Virus record (IMG/VR): IMGVR_UViG_3300027707_000013
Location: 6,610-70,609 of that record
Length of the DNA stretch: 64,000 nucleotides
DNA from: a virus
Lineage: Duplodnaviria > Caudoviricetes
Direction: 5' to 3' (one strand)
The position numbers and the translations under genes are program-made. Below, piece by piece: positions 46,742 to 57,315 of this stretch. Each line of letters begins with the position of its first letter. Position 1 is the first letter of the stretch. The notes beneath the pieces were generated by a model. The model saw only the letters and a list, made by a program, of their open reading frames with translations. It searched no databases and was not told the origin of the DNA.

Positions 46742-46843
46742 ATAATTTCAAAGAAACAAACATATCTTATTGTTTGTGAGTACAAAGATAAGGATAAATA
46801 TGTATAATCCAAACAGAAAAGATATTTATTTAAAAAAAGTTTA

Positions 46844-47986
46844 ATGAGGGTAATAAAATTAACGGAATCGGACCTTATACGTTTGGTAAAGAAAGTCATT
46901 TTAACTGAACAGACAGATGAGGTAGAAAATGATGGTAATACGTTACTTGCACTCAGAAATTTCTCAAAAGGTAAAATTACGACAAATGATTTATTTGATA
47001 TGGATGAAACCATTGACGACATTCGTGTTAAAAATCCATTAGGTCAGTCATTGATTACCATTAAGTTAGGTGAAAAGGAAAAGTTTTTAGAAGAAATTGG
47101 TTTAAGTACTGATGATGCGTGGTTTAGAGATGTTATAATGTCATCTTATGGTAATGGGTATGAATTTACCGATAGTTACACCATACATGAGGACTTCAAC
47201 GAAGGATATGTTTTTGAATACGACTTGAATGAGGAAAATACCCAAACCCTTAAAGGAATTGCGGGAAGACTGATATCTAATGAGGAAGTTAATCTCGATG
47301 ACGACGAATATAGAAAAAAATTACATGGATTAATGTCAGATATTTTCCCAAGGGAAATTGATTACATACTTAGTGACTACTCTATAGAAAAAGACAATGA
47401 AATGAATCAAGTTGCTAAAGAATCTATTAAATCCGAGTTTGACGATAAATTAGATGAGATGGGTATCGACCTTAGTTATGATATGGATGAAGCTACAATT
47501 ACTTTGGCAGATTTATTCTCAGAGGCATTACAACTAAACCTATTTAATTCAAGCGCGCAGGAAATGGTTACCAAAATCATCTCAAATAAATTGGGTAGTG
47601 ATGTAGGTGGTTGGTATGAGAATAATTATGAATATAGAGACCAAAGTAAGTTTGATACAGAATCATTCAATAGAACCGTTGAAAATCAATTTGAAAAAAT
47701 AATAGAAAAGATGGATGAGGATAGTGATTCTGAATACACCATTAAAGATTATATTGAATTTAGAGCCCGTGTTTTAAATAAATTTAAAATGAAAACATGG
47801 TACGAAACCCCTAAAGACAAGGATATTATATTCTCAATTAAAGACTTTCAACCTGAGAATATGTCGATTATATTGACAATTAAAGATAGAGGAACTCAAG
47901 TACTTAAAGATATTAAGTTGGATGAAGAAAATTTTAAACAATTTTTATACCAACCTTCATTATTTAAGTTGGAAGATATGTATTAA
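46844..47986 (+). CDS. hypothetical, probable head-targeted protein
   Basis: MRVIKLTESDLIRLVKKVILTEQ N-terminus; TATTTAT at 46823. Confidence 0.65.
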   Translation: MRVIKLTESDLIRLVKKVILTEQTDEVENDGNTLLALRNFSKGKITTNDLFDMDETIDDIRVKNPLGQSLITIKLGEKEKFLEEIGLSTDDAWFRDVIMSSYGNGYEFTDSYTIHEDFNEGYVFEYDLNEENTQTLKGIAGRLISNEEVNLDDDEYRKKLHGLMSDIFPREIDYILSDYSIEKDNEMNQVAKESIKSEFDDKLDEMGIDLSYDMDEATITLADLFSEALQLNLFNSSAQEMVTKIISNKLGSDVGGWYENNYEYRDQSKFDTESFNRTVENQFEKIIEKMDEDSDSEYTIKDYIEFRARVLNKFKMKTWYETPKDKDIIFSIKDFQPENMSIILTIKDRGTQVLKDIKLDEENFKQFLYQPSLFKLEDMY

Positions 47987-48003
47987 TTACCTATCTTTGT
48001 GGT

Positions 48004-48846
48004 ATGACACAAAATATAGACTTGCTAAAAGAAGTTCTTAGCGTTCCAAGTAAAACATACAAAGAAGACCTTATGGTTGAATTTTTGGTTAATTGGTTAA
48101 CCGAGAATAATATCGAACACTATGTAGACGAGCATAACAATGTTTATGCGACAAAACAAGAAACACCTGAATTACCAGAAGATTTCCATTTCCCATGTGT
48201 GATTGCTCACACTGATACTGTACACGAGTTGGATACCATCCTTGTTCGTGAAGAACAATTACCTAACGCCCAAGGACAGGTTAAAGATGCACTAAAAGCG
48301 TATAACCAACACGGAATGCCAACAGGAATTGGTGGTGATGATAAATGTGGTGTATTCGCCTGTTTAACATTACTTAAAGAATTACCGTACTTAAAAGCAT
48401 CATTCTTTGTTTCAGAAGAAACAGGATGTCATGGTTCAAAAAAGGCGGACGAATCATTCTTTGAGAATGTAGGTTATGGAATTCAATTTGACGCACCTGA
48501 AAACTGGATGATTACTGAAAAATGTTTTGGGCAAGTACTATTTGATAGGAACACTGAATTTTTTGAAAAAATTGATAAAATATTAACAGAAGGTATGGTT
48601 AATGAAGATATGCAATACATGGTTCACCCATATACCGATGTTTACGCTTTAAGAAACAAATTTGATTTCTCTTGTATTAACTTCTCAATCGGATATTACG
48701 ATTATCATACAAAAAATGAGTATGTTGTAATTGAAGACGTTTTTAACGGAATTGAAATGGGTAGAAAAATGATTTCAGAATTAGGGTACAAGTTACACTA
48801 CAAGGAATCTGTAAAATATGACCCAATGCAAAGATACATTAGATAA
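48004..48846 (+). CDS. M20/M28-family zinc peptidase
   Basis: AHTDTVH, GGDDKCG, EETGCHGS, QFD, YH. Confidence 0.8.
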   Translation: MTQNIDLLKEVLSVPSKTYKEDLMVEFLVNWLTENNIEHYVDEHNNVYATKQETPELPEDFHFPCVIAHTDTVHELDTILVREEQLPNAQGQVKDALKAYNQHGMPTGIGGDDKCGVFACLTLLKELPYLKASFFVSEETGCHGSKKADESFFENVGYGIQFDAPENWMITEKCFGQVLFDRNTEFFEKIDKILTEGMVNEDMQYMVHPYTDVYALRNKFDFSCINFSIGYYDYHTKNEYVVIEDVFNGIEMGRKMISELGYKLHYKESVKYDPMQRYIR

Positions 48847-49507
48847 AATCCTCTAACTTATCGATATGACGTTTAACCATCGGGTGGTCTTGAATATCTT
48901 CATATTCGGCCCCCGATTTTTTTATTTGTTTAATACCGTTAATAATTTGGGCCAAATGACCTCTAATCATTCCTGACATAGATGGATAGCTCTGAATGTA
49001 GAGAGATAATGAAAATAATCTTGATGCAACATCAATCGGTATACCCAACTTAATTACAATTTTGGCAACCATATTTTTAGCAAATTGGTCTGCATCTAAT
49101 TCCATTTCCCAGTATTGGTCTGCAAGATTTTCAAAATCTTCTAAGTCAAATTCGGTTAATGGGTTTGGCATTTTGATATCACGAATTTGGTATTCGTGTC
49201 TAATTTCGTGAAAAACGGTATATAGGAAATCTCCGATAGTTGTCATTTGTGATGGTGCACAAATTATGACTTGGTCTTTAGTTCTAACACCTGCAAATCC
49301 AGCATAACAAGAGTTTAAGAATTTAATCTTGATGTTATTTTTTTTAATGTAGTCAGAAACAAACTTACCAATTACAGGTACTTTAGATTGTAGATTGTCA
49401 GGGAATTGATACTTAAATTGACCCATAAGTCTATCAAGATTTGACTGAGGAATTTGCTCATCATCCTTAACTGACTCTCTAACTATCTGTCTAATCAAAT
49501 CTTTCAT
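48839..49507 (-). CDS. HExxH metallopeptidase-like protein with head-type propeptide
   Basis: MKDLIRQIVRES; FHEIRHEYQ..ELDAD. Confidence 0.6.
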   Translation of the reverse strand: MKDLIRQIVRESVKDDEQIPQSNLDRLMGQFKYQFPDNLQSKVPVIGKFVSDYIKKNNIKIKFLNSCYAGFAGVRTKDQVIICAPSQMTTIGDFLYTVFHEIRHEYQIRDIKMPNPLTEFDLEDFENLADQYWEMELDADQFAKNMVAKIVIKLGIPIDVASRLFSLSLYIQSYPSMSGMIRGHLAQIINGIKQIKKSGAEYEDIQDHPMVKRHIDKLEDFI

Positions 49508-49550
49508 ACTTATAAATACAAAAAAAGGGGGAAATAAATCCCCCTTCTTA

Positions 49551-51563
49551 TTATCGTCCTTTTTTCTGAACTTTAACCTCTTCGTTCTCAACTTTGATGG
49601 TGTAGGTTTTACCCTCAATCATCTTACCTGTTAGAACTTCTTCAGATAACAAATCCTCAACTTTGTCTTGGATTGCTCTCTTAAGTGGTCTTGCTCCGTA
49701 CATATCGTCGAATCCAATTTTAGCTAAATAATCAACTAAAGTATCATCGAAGTTTATAGTGTACTTCATGTCCTTAAGACGTTTACCTAATTTCGCCAAT
49801 TCAATCACAGTGATTTTCTTGATGTCCTCAGGAGTTAATGAGTTGAATACAATCGTATCGTCGATACGGTTGATAAATTCAGGTGAGAAGAATTTCTTCA
49901 TCTCTTTCATTAACACTTCTTTTTTGGCCTCCTCGTTAGCGTAAGGACTGTTTGAGAAACCGATACCTGTACCAAAGTCTTGTAACTTCTTCACACCCAA
50001 GTTTGAAGTTAAGATGATTAAGGTATTCTTGAAGTTAATCTTTCTACCTAAACTATCTGTAACGTGACCGTCATCCAAGATTTGAAGTAAGATGGTAAAC
50101 ACATCTTTGTGAGCTTTCTCCACCTCGTCAAATAAGATAACTGAATATGGTTTGTTCTTAACTTTTTCAGTTAATAAACCGCCTTCTTCGTATCCAACAT
50201 AACCTGGAGGAGCTCCAACTAATTTAGATACACTGTGTTTCTCTTGGTACTCTGACATATCCACACGGATAAGTGAATCTTCGGTACCAAACATTTCTTT
50301 CGCCAACTGTTTTGCCAAGTGAGTTTTACCTACACCTGTTGAACCTAAGAATACAAATGAACCAATCGGACGGTTTGGGTCCTTAATACCCAAACGGTTT
50401 CTCTTGATAGACTTTGCAATCTTAACAACCGCAGAGTCCTGACCAATCACTTTACCGATTAACTCTTTGTCCAAGTTCAATAAAGCTTTAGTGTCGTCAA
50501 CACTCATTTTACTAACAGGGATTTTAACCATGTTGGATACCACATCATAAACGTTATCCAATAGGATAGTCTGTTTGTTCTGTGACATAGACTCCTCAAA
50601 CTTACGTTTTTCAGCTTCTAATTTATCCAACACTTTTTTCTCCTTGTCTCTCAACTGAGCAGCTTGTTCGTAGTTTTGTTTTTTAACCACGTCAATCTTT
50701 TGTTGTCTGATGTCAGCAGCAGCCTTCTTTAAAGTTTCGATTGACTCAGGAACTTTAAGTTCGGTCTGCATACGAGCTCCAACCTCATCCAAGATATCAA
50801 ATGCTTTATCAGGGAACTCACGGTCTGTAATGTAACGGTCAGCCAATTTAACACAAGCTTCGATTACCTCATCACTATAAGTCACCTTGTGATAAGACTC
50901 ATACTTATCACGTACATTTTTAAGGATTTGGATTGTCTCTTCGACAGTTGACGCATCCACAATTACTTTTTGGAATCTACGTTCCAATGCTCCATCCTTC
51001 TCGATGTTCTTACGGAACTCATCAAGAGTTGTTGCTCCAATGATTTGAATCTCACCACGAGACAACGCTGGTTTGAAGATGTTAGAACCATCCATTGAAC
51101 CTGAAGAGTTACCTGAACCAACCAAGGTATGTACCTCATCGATAAACACAATGATTTGTGGGTTTGCGGTAAGTTCTTCAATAATCACTTTCATTCTTTC
51201 CTCAAACTGTCCACGGTATTTTGTACCCGCAACAACTGAAGTCAAATCAAGGTTAACTAATCTTTTATCGACTAAATTTCTTGGACAATCTCCATTAACA
51301 ATTTTCATTGCCAATCCTTCAACAATCGCGGTCTTACCACAACCAGGTTCTCCAAGAATGATAGGGTTGTTCTTTTTTCTACGTGATAAAATCTGTGCAA
51401 TTCGTAGAATCTCTCTGTCTCGTCCAATCACAGGGTCCAATTTACCTTCTTCCGCAAGTTTATTCAAGTCTCGACTAAAGTTATCCAAAACGGGAGTACC
51501 GCTGTCAGATTGCTTTTGTTTTTTACTCATCATTTTGTCGTCGTCGTCCATTAAGTCGTTCAT
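49551..51563 (-). CDS. ClpC-like AAA+ chaperone lacking the N-terminal domain
   Basis: LDPVIGR, GEPGCGKT, FIDEVH, UVR-type M domain (QNYEQAAQLRD), GSTGVGKT, RIDD, GARPLKR. Confidence 0.9.
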   Translation of the reverse strand: MNDLMDDDDKMMSKKQKQSDSGTPVLDNFSRDLNKLAEEGKLDPVIGRDREILRIAQILSRRKKNNPIILGEPGCGKTAIVEGLAMKIVNGDCPRNLVDKRLVNLDLTSVVAGTKYRGQFEERMKVIIEELTANPQIIVFIDEVHTLVGSGNSSGSMDGSNIFKPALSRGEIQIIGATTLDEFRKNIEKDGALERRFQKVIVDASTVEETIQILKNVRDKYESYHKVTYSDEVIEACVKLADRYITDREFPDKAFDILDEVGARMQTELKVPESIETLKKAAADIRQQKIDVVKKQNYEQAAQLRDKEKKVLDKLEAEKRKFEESMSQNKQTILLDNVYDVVSNMVKIPVSKMSVDDTKALLNLDKELIGKVIGQDSAVVKIAKSIKRNRLGIKDPNRPIGSFVFLGSTGVGKTHLAKQLAKEMFGTEDSLIRVDMSEYQEKHSVSKLVGAPPGYVGYEEGGLLTEKVKNKPYSVILFDEVEKAHKDVFTILLQILDDGHVTDSLGRKINFKNTLIILTSNLGVKKLQDFGTGIGFSNSPYANEEAKKEVLMKEMKKFFSPEFINRIDDTIVFNSLTPEDIKKITVIELAKLGKRLKDMKYTINFDDTLVDYLAKIGFDDMYGARPLKRAIQDKVEDLLSEEVLTGKMIEGKTYTIKVENEEVKVQKKGR

Positions 51564-51620
51564 ATGTTTCTATATTTATTTTACAAAGTAATATCAAATA
51601 TTGGACTTCTCCAAATGTTT

Positions 51621-51664
51621 TGACAAATTGTCAGGTTATAATTATTTCACCTGACATCTTGACA
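51621..51664. promoter_or_regulatory. putative operator in a divergent promoter
   Basis: TGACA-AAT-TGTCA palindrome plus TGACA-TCT-TGACA. Confidence 0.45.
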
Positions 51665-51735
51665 TAAAGATTCAGTTGGTATATTATTTGAATACCACAA
51701 AGGTAATAAATAAAATTCAATTAAAAAATAAAATT

Positions 51736-52113
51736 ATGTTTGGAAACAGAAGAAATTACAATGACATCTTCAGAGCATTCGATGAAATGTTCTCTCATTT
51801 CGATTTAAACCAAGGTGAATGGAAATCACAAAGTAAAGTATCTGATGACGGTACGATAAAAGTAACAACTTATTATAGAGGAGACTCACCTAAAGAAACA
51901 GGAGGATTACAATCTTTAAAGTCTCAACTTGACAAATCAATTGAGAATGAAGATTTTGAATCTGCGGTTAAACTTAGAGACCAAATCAAAAACTTCGAAA
52001 AAAATCAAAAGTCTATTGAGAAACTTGAATTGGAATTAAAGAAGTCGATTGAAAACCAAGAGTTTGAAAAATCGATTGAACTTAGAGACCAAATCAAAAA
52101 CTTGAAAAAGTAA
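51736..52113 (+). CDS. tandem UVR (UvrB/UvrC motif) protein
   Basis: SIENEDFESAVKLRDQIK and SIENQEFEKSIELRDQIK. Confidence 0.85.
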   Translation: MFGNRRNYNDIFRAFDEMFSHFDLNQGEWKSQSKVSDDGTIKVTTYYRGDSPKETGGLQSLKSQLDKSIENEDFESAVKLRDQIKNFEKNQKSIEKLELELKKSIENQEFEKSIELRDQIKNLKK

Positions 52114-52123
52114 AACCAAACCC

Positions 52124-52786
52124 TCACTTAACGGTGGGGGTTTTTAATTTATCACATAAGTAATCTATTGGGTCTATGTCGGTACCAAGGTAGTATTCGT
52201 AATAAATGTTATCTCCTTTGTTATTATATTTCCTAAAAGAGATTGAAGAAGAACTCACACCGTAAGGAGTACAACTACTATCAAACCCAACTATTTTATT
52301 TTTACTAAGGGATTCAATAATTCTATTGTTAACTGAACCTTCAGAATCGTTTAAATCATTAAAAAGTTTTAAAAGGTTATCTTTATTATTAACTCTATTA
52401 CCTATTACCAATAAATTATTATTACCGTAATGTCCGTAATTGTTTAAACACTTTTCACCATGATAAAATTCATATCTATCATCAAATAAAAAACCATATT
52501 GTCTAAAATTTGGATATAACGATTCAAATCCATTTATTGTATTGTTTTCTTTAATGTAATTATGGAGTAAGTCTGTGTTTTCTGAAGTAAAAAAAGATTG
52601 AGTAACCCCCATGTAACCTTCCCCAACAATATTCATATTAGGAAGAACCACATTAACACACGAGAAAGAACATATCGCTCTTTCATTGTCTTGTTTTAAT
52701 AAAATAGAAATTGTTGGCATTAAATTTAATTTTGTATCTATATTTATAAGTATGAAACCATATGAAAATTTTTTAAACGAAAGCAT
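52124..52786 (-). CDS. DUF1028/Ntn-hydrolase-like protein (diverged)
   Basis: GVTQS, RQYG, HGEKC, GN and SSSI pattern. Confidence 0.55.
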   Translation of the reverse strand: MLSFKKFSYGFILINIDTKLNLMPTISILLKQDNERAICSFSCVNVVLPNMNIVGEGYMGVTQSFFTSENTDLLHNYIKENNTINGFESLYPNFRQYGFLFDDRYEFYHGEKCLNNYGHYGNNNLLVIGNRVNNKDNLLKLFNDLNDSEGSVNNRIIESLSKNKIVGFDSSCTPYGVSSSSISFRKYNNKGDNIYYEYYLGTDIDPIDYLCDKLKTPTVK

Positions 52787-53087
52787 TGGTCTTAAAGAAC
52801 TTGTAGAAATATATCTACAATTAAGACAACATTTTCAAGAGTTAGGGTTTAGTGAAGGTGATTTAGAATCACCTCCGACCTATACTCCACTAATGATGAC
52901 AATATTTCATAAGTTTGGTGATAGACAAAAAGCTTTATTTCAACAAGTAAAAGATTATGGTTTTAATATTGATTGGAATGAATTTACGGATTACATGAAA
53001 CCAATATTAACTAAAATAGATGAAATAACACCATTAAGTCATGGCAATTACAAAAGAGGAAATCAAGGGGACGAAGATTTTGAATGA
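52752..53087 (+). CDS. hypothetical protein
   Basis: MKPYENFLNES start; TATTTAT at 52741. Confidence 0.55.
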   Translation: MKPYENFLNESIGLKELVEIYLQLRQHFQELGFSEGDLESPPTYTPLMMTIFHKFGDRQKALFQQVKDYGFNIDWNEFTDYMKPILTKIDEITPLSHGNYKRGNQGDEDFE

Positions 53088-53283
53088 AATTAAATCTTCA
53101 AACATTAGAAAAACAGAATACGACACTGAAACTAAATCATTAGTCATTGAGTTTAATAACGGACATAGATATGAGTACGAATCAGTACCTCATCAGTCTT
53201 ACACGGCATTTAGAACCGCTCAATCTCAAGGGAAGTATTTTACCACAGATATCTCAAAAAAGTATAAGTACAAGAAACTGTAG
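53041..53283 (+). CDS. KTSC domain protein
   Basis: SSNI..EYD..SLVIEF.NG..YEY.SVP..A.SQGKYF. Confidence 0.85.
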   Translation: MAITKEEIKGTKILNEIKSSNIRKTEYDTETKSLVIEFNNGHRYEYESVPHQSYTAFRTAQSQGKYFTTDISKKYKYKKL

Positions 53284-53295
53284 TATTTATAAAGG

Positions 53296-54027
53296 ATGAA
53301 TAAATTCCAACAGTTACTTAATAGTTTCTCAATTAAGAAAACCTTGAATCCTAAAATTTGGGAAGACCCTGAAGACCCTAATAAGTCTACCATGGTTCCT
53401 AAAGTTAGGAAAGCTCTTGAACGCATTGCGGATGAGTTTATTGAGTATTTGGGAGATGAGGTTTTTGTTGACGACGTAGTACTAACAGGTTCGTTGGCGA
53501 ATTTCAATTGGTCGGAATTTTCAGATTTTGATTTACATATAATTGTAGATTTAAAACAATACGAAGACGACTCTGAATTATATAAAGAGTTATTTAATTT
53601 AAAAAAACAAGTTTTTAACGACAAACACAATATTAAAATTTACGGATATGATGTTGAATTATATGCCCAAGACCTTGAGGAATCTCATTATGCTTCGGGA
53701 GTATATTCTGTTATGAATAATGAATGGGTAACCAAACCTAAAAAATTTAAAGCAGAAATTGATAAAGAAGTCCTTAAAAATAAAATTGATTGTTGGGTTG
53801 AAAAAATTGATAAAGGTCTTGAATCTGATGAAACAAAAACTTTGGAATCTATTAAAGACAAATTAAAAGATTACAGAAAATCTGGTCTTGAAAAAGATGG
53901 AGAACTATCATATGAGAATTTAGTTTTTAAATTTTTACGTAGGTCAGGACATATTCAAAAACTATTCGACACCGCAAATAATGTGATAGATAAAGGTCTT
54001 TCAGTTGAAAGAAAGTTAGAAGACTAA
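53296..54027 (+). CDS. Pol-beta superfamily nucleotidyltransferase
   Basis: LTGSLANFNWSEFSDFDLHII (GS..DxD) and DVELY. Confidence 0.8.
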   Translation: MNKFQQLLNSFSIKKTLNPKIWEDPEDPNKSTMVPKVRKALERIADEFIEYLGDEVFVDDVVLTGSLANFNWSEFSDFDLHIIVDLKQYEDDSELYKELFNLKKQVFNDKHNIKIYGYDVELYAQDLEESHYASGVYSVMNNEWVTKPKKFKAEIDKEVLKNKIDCWVEKIDKGLESDETKTLESIKDKLKDYRKSGLEKDGELSYENLVFKFLRRSGHIQKLFDTANNVIDKGLSVERKLED

Positions 54028-54082
54028 TAACTATTCCTTAATAAATGTAAACAATCGTATATTTATAAAGAAAAAAACTTAA

Positions 54083-54835
54083 ATGGCATTTAATTATTAC
54101 ATAGCATCATCTTGTAGTTCTTCTACACAGTTATACATTAAGTCAGAAGATGGTTTAATTGAGGGTAAAATATATGACCTTATAATTAATGGAGGAAATA
54201 GTTGTTATACGGTTGGACCAGGTATTGATACCCCGTTAGCCGCGGTTGCTACTATTTACAATGGTCCATGGAATACATGTATTGAATGTCTTGGAGACGT
54301 TACACCAACTCCAACTGCATCTGTTACAACAACTCCGACAACCACCCCAACAAATACACCAACTCAAACACAAACAGGTACAGCATCTGTAACACCAACC
54401 CCAACTCAAACTGAGACCCCAACAAATACACCAACAACAACTCAAACACCTACTAATACGGCAACAGGGACTAACACACCTACGCCAACAAATACATCAA
54501 CAACTACTCAAACACCTACTAACACCGCGACAAGAACTCCAACACCAAGTATTACTGCTTCGCCAACAGGCACCGCATCTGTAACACCAACTCCAACAGG
54601 AACACCAGCATCAACTCCAACATCAACACCAACTCCAAGTGTTACTTTAGGGTTTGTGATTGAAGTAAATCAACAGTATGAATATACTATTGGAATGTTA
54701 GGTAATTTTAGTGGAGGAACTGCACCTGAGGGAGCAACTGTTCCATATTCGGTAATGACAAGTGAAGATGGTGATGAGTCTATTGTACAACTAAACGCAA
54801 TCTCATTAGGAGGTTTTCAAGGATTAAATAATTAA
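54083..54835 (+). CDS. Thr/Pro-rich (PTPT) probable virion surface protein
   Basis: About 110-aa T/P stalk between small Cys-containing and beta-rich domains. Confidence 0.65.
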   Translation: MAFNYYIASSCSSSTQLYIKSEDGLIEGKIYDLIINGGNSCYTVGPGIDTPLAAVATIYNGPWNTCIECLGDVTPTPTASVTTTPTTTPTNTPTQTQTGTASVTPTPTQTETPTNTPTTTQTPTNTATGTNTPTPTNTSTTTQTPTNTATRTPTPSITASPTGTASVTPTPTGTPASTPTSTPTPSVTLGFVIEVNQQYEYTIGMLGNFSGGTAPEGATVPYSVMTSEDGDESIVQLNAISLGGFQGLNN

Positions 54836-54854
54836 AAAAAAAATAAATCATAAT

Positions 54855-56105
54855 ATGGGAGATTTAAAACCAATTGGTAGCGAAAAACTTCAAGGCCAAG
54901 ATAAATTAAGAAGAATTATGGAAATTGCTCGTTTTAACGAGACAATTCCAACTACTATAAATGAAACATCAAAAACTGAGTTTAATAAAACTTTATCTGA
55001 TGGTAACAACTACGAAATCGTAAAAGAAAGACAAGGTTATATCATTAAGAAAGCTATCTCAGAATCTGAAACTGATTACATTGAGCCAATGAAAAATAGA
55101 AAATACTATTCTTCATATTCTCAAGCTTTAAAAAGATTAAACTTAGTTGCGGGTGAGTTGAATAGAATTAACGAAAATGAAGAAGGTACTTCAATGTTTG
55201 GAGAACAAAAAAGATTTACGTTAAAAACTCCAAAACCTAAAGAGGTTGCTGCTCCTGTAGAGGCTGCGGTACCACCAATGGCTCCACCACCAGTACCTGC
55301 ACCTGAATTACCAGCGTCTCCTGTAGGAGGTGAAGAAATGGATATTAGTATGGACTCTGAAGAGATGGGACCTGAAGGTGACATGGAAATGGACACTGAT
55401 ATGGACATGGAAATGGATGGAGGAGATGACGAACAAGTAACGTTTAAAACAATCCAAAAATTAACAGGTAAGTTAACTCAAAAGATTAGAACATTAGATA
55501 CTGAAGAAGGAATGACTTCTGAAGATATCAAATATGTTATTAATATGGTTATTTCATCTTTAGACTTAAATTCATTAAGTGAAGAAGATAGAGATGATAT
55601 CATGGACAAACTTGAAGGTCAAGAAGAAGACTTAGGTGGTGACGACATGGACGGAGAAGACTTGACTGATGATAGTGAAGTTGAAGATATCCAAGCTGAC
55701 ATGGACATTCCAATGGAAGGTGAAATGGAAGAAGGTGGTTATTACGAAAACGAAGATATGGAAGAAGAAGATATGGACTACGGAAACGGAGCAATTATCG
55801 ATAGTATCTTTGGTGAATCTAAAGTAGATAAGGTAATATCAAAATATTTTGAAATTTCTAAAAAAGAAATTGTTGAAAGTAGAGAAAGAAATGCGAAGAA
55901 AAAATTAACTAAGATTGCTGAGGTTAGAAAACAAATGAAAGAAGTTGTTAAACTAACTGAAACTATTGAACAAGAATTGGCTTCACAAAAATTCTTAACT
56001 GAAAATTCTTTAGCTAAGATTGTTGGAGTAACAAACAAGAAAAACTTAGTGTTTGAAAACAGAGGTAAACAAATTAGAATAACACCTGAAGGACAAATAT
56101 TGTAA
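54855..56105 (+). CDS. acidic head-associated protein
   Basis: Pro-rich and D/E-rich regions; lies in the head operon. Confidence 0.6.
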   Translation: MGDLKPIGSEKLQGQDKLRRIMEIARFNETIPTTINETSKTEFNKTLSDGNNYEIVKERQGYIIKKAISESETDYIEPMKNRKYYSSYSQALKRLNLVAGELNRINENEEGTSMFGEQKRFTLKTPKPKEVAAPVEAAVPPMAPPPVPAPELPASPVGGEEMDISMDSEEMGPEGDMEMDTDMDMEMDGGDDEQVTFKTIQKLTGKLTQKIRTLDTEEGMTSEDIKYVINMVISSLDLNSLSEEDRDDIMDKLEGQEEDLGGDDMDGEDLTDDSEVEDIQADMDIPMEGEMEEGGYYENEDMEEEDMDYGNGAIIDSIFGESKVDKVISKYFEISKKEIVESRERNAKKKLTKIAEVRKQMKEVVKLTETIEQELASQKFLTENSLAKIVGVTNKKNLVFENRGKQIRITPEGQIL

Positions 56106-56107
56106 TT

Positions 56108-56503
56108 ATGAGTAATTTGATATACGTAAATGGTTTGGGGCCCAACTACAAGGGAGACAATCTTTACGAATTCATATTCTCTGACAGTTTAGATGTGTGG
56201 GGAGAGTCTTGGGAGAGTAAACCATCCAATGGTTACCCGACTCCACCTGAATTAAAATATATTAAAAAAGTAGGAGTTCTGAGAAATACTGATATAAAAT
56301 TGGAATTGATTCAGAACTCCGATTTTTTTTGTATGATAGACGCAATTGACGATGTTGTTGCGTTAGCCTGGGAAACCGATGAAGAGAACGGACAGAAACG
56401 TTTAGTTTTTAGATTTGGAATGACTGAACAAGAAATAAAAGACAAACTCTACGAAAAAGATTTGATTTTAGAATTTGAAAAGAAAGTAATTTATGAAAAT
56501 TAA
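56108..56503 (+). CDS. hypothetical protein
   Basis: Coupled ORF. Confidence 0.6.
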   Translation: MSNLIYVNGLGPNYKGDNLYEFIFSDSLDVWGESWESKPSNGYPTPPELKYIKKVGVLRNTDIKLELIQNSDFFCMIDAIDDVVALAWETDEENGQKRLVFRFGMTEQEIKDKLYEKDLILEFEKKVIYEN

Positions 56504-57314
56504 TAAAAAAGCATTAGAACTTATTGAAAAAGGATTATCATCTAAAACGGTTTCAAAATTAGATGAGTCTCAAATCAATATATTGCACACAAGATTAGTT
56601 GGTGAGCAAGTGGAAGAAATTCCATCTAAAAAAAGTTATAAGGTTGGACAAGATGGTGGGAATTTACCACCAGCAACAAAAGGATATAATGTAAAGAAAA
56701 CCGAAACAGGTGATGTTGTTGCAACTCCAAATGAATCTGAAATGTCTGAACAAGACGATTTACAAAATAATGATGCTCTTGGTGCCGACGCAATGCAAAG
56801 TGCTACAGGTCAAGAAACTCCACACATGGCAGATGATATGGCTCCTGATGGAATGGATGATGATAGTGATGATAATAGAAAAGAAATGGGGGAATCTAAG
56901 AAAAAGAAAGATGAACCAAATCCATGGGCAATTTGCCATTCTCAAGTAGGACCTAAAAAATCCAGAAAATGGGAAAGATGTGTGAGAGAAGTAAAAAAAC
57001 AATTGGCAGAAGGAAAAAATCCTGTATCTTTGTTTATTGAAAATCAAATCATGAAAATCGTAGAAAAAAACTTACCACCAAGAATTACTAAAGGTGATTT
57101 AGTGAAATACTTGACTGAGAACAGTCCATCTGTCGCACCTACAAAACCAACAACAAAACCTGGTACAAAACCTGGTACAAAACCACAAAGACCTGCACAT
57201 CCAGGAAAAAACCCTAACCCAGGAGAAAATCCTGCACCGAAGGCTAAAGGACCTTCTGCAGAAGATACAAAAGATAAAGTTATTGACGTAATATTAAACC
57301 TACTACAAAATTAA
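56493..57314 (+). CDS. hypothetical head-operon protein
   Basis: NPWAICHSQVG..ERCV motif; PGTK repeats. Confidence 0.6.
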   Translation: MKINKKALELIEKGLSSKTVSKLDESQINILHTRLVGEQVEEIPSKKSYKVGQDGGNLPPATKGYNVKKTETGDVVATPNESEMSEQDDLQNNDALGADAMQSATGQETPHMADDMAPDGMDDDSDDNRKEMGESKKKKDEPNPWAICHSQVGPKKSRKWERCVREVKKQLAEGKNPVSLFIENQIMKIVEKNLPPRITKGDLVKYLTENSPSVAPTKPTTKPGTKPGTKPQRPAHPGKNPNPGENPAPKAKGPSAEDTKDKVIDVILNLLQN

Positions 57315-57315
57315 A

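Noticed and set aside
54296-54640. ACACCAAC-like repeats as a DNA-level element
   Set aside because: They are explained by Thr/Pro codons with varying third positions.
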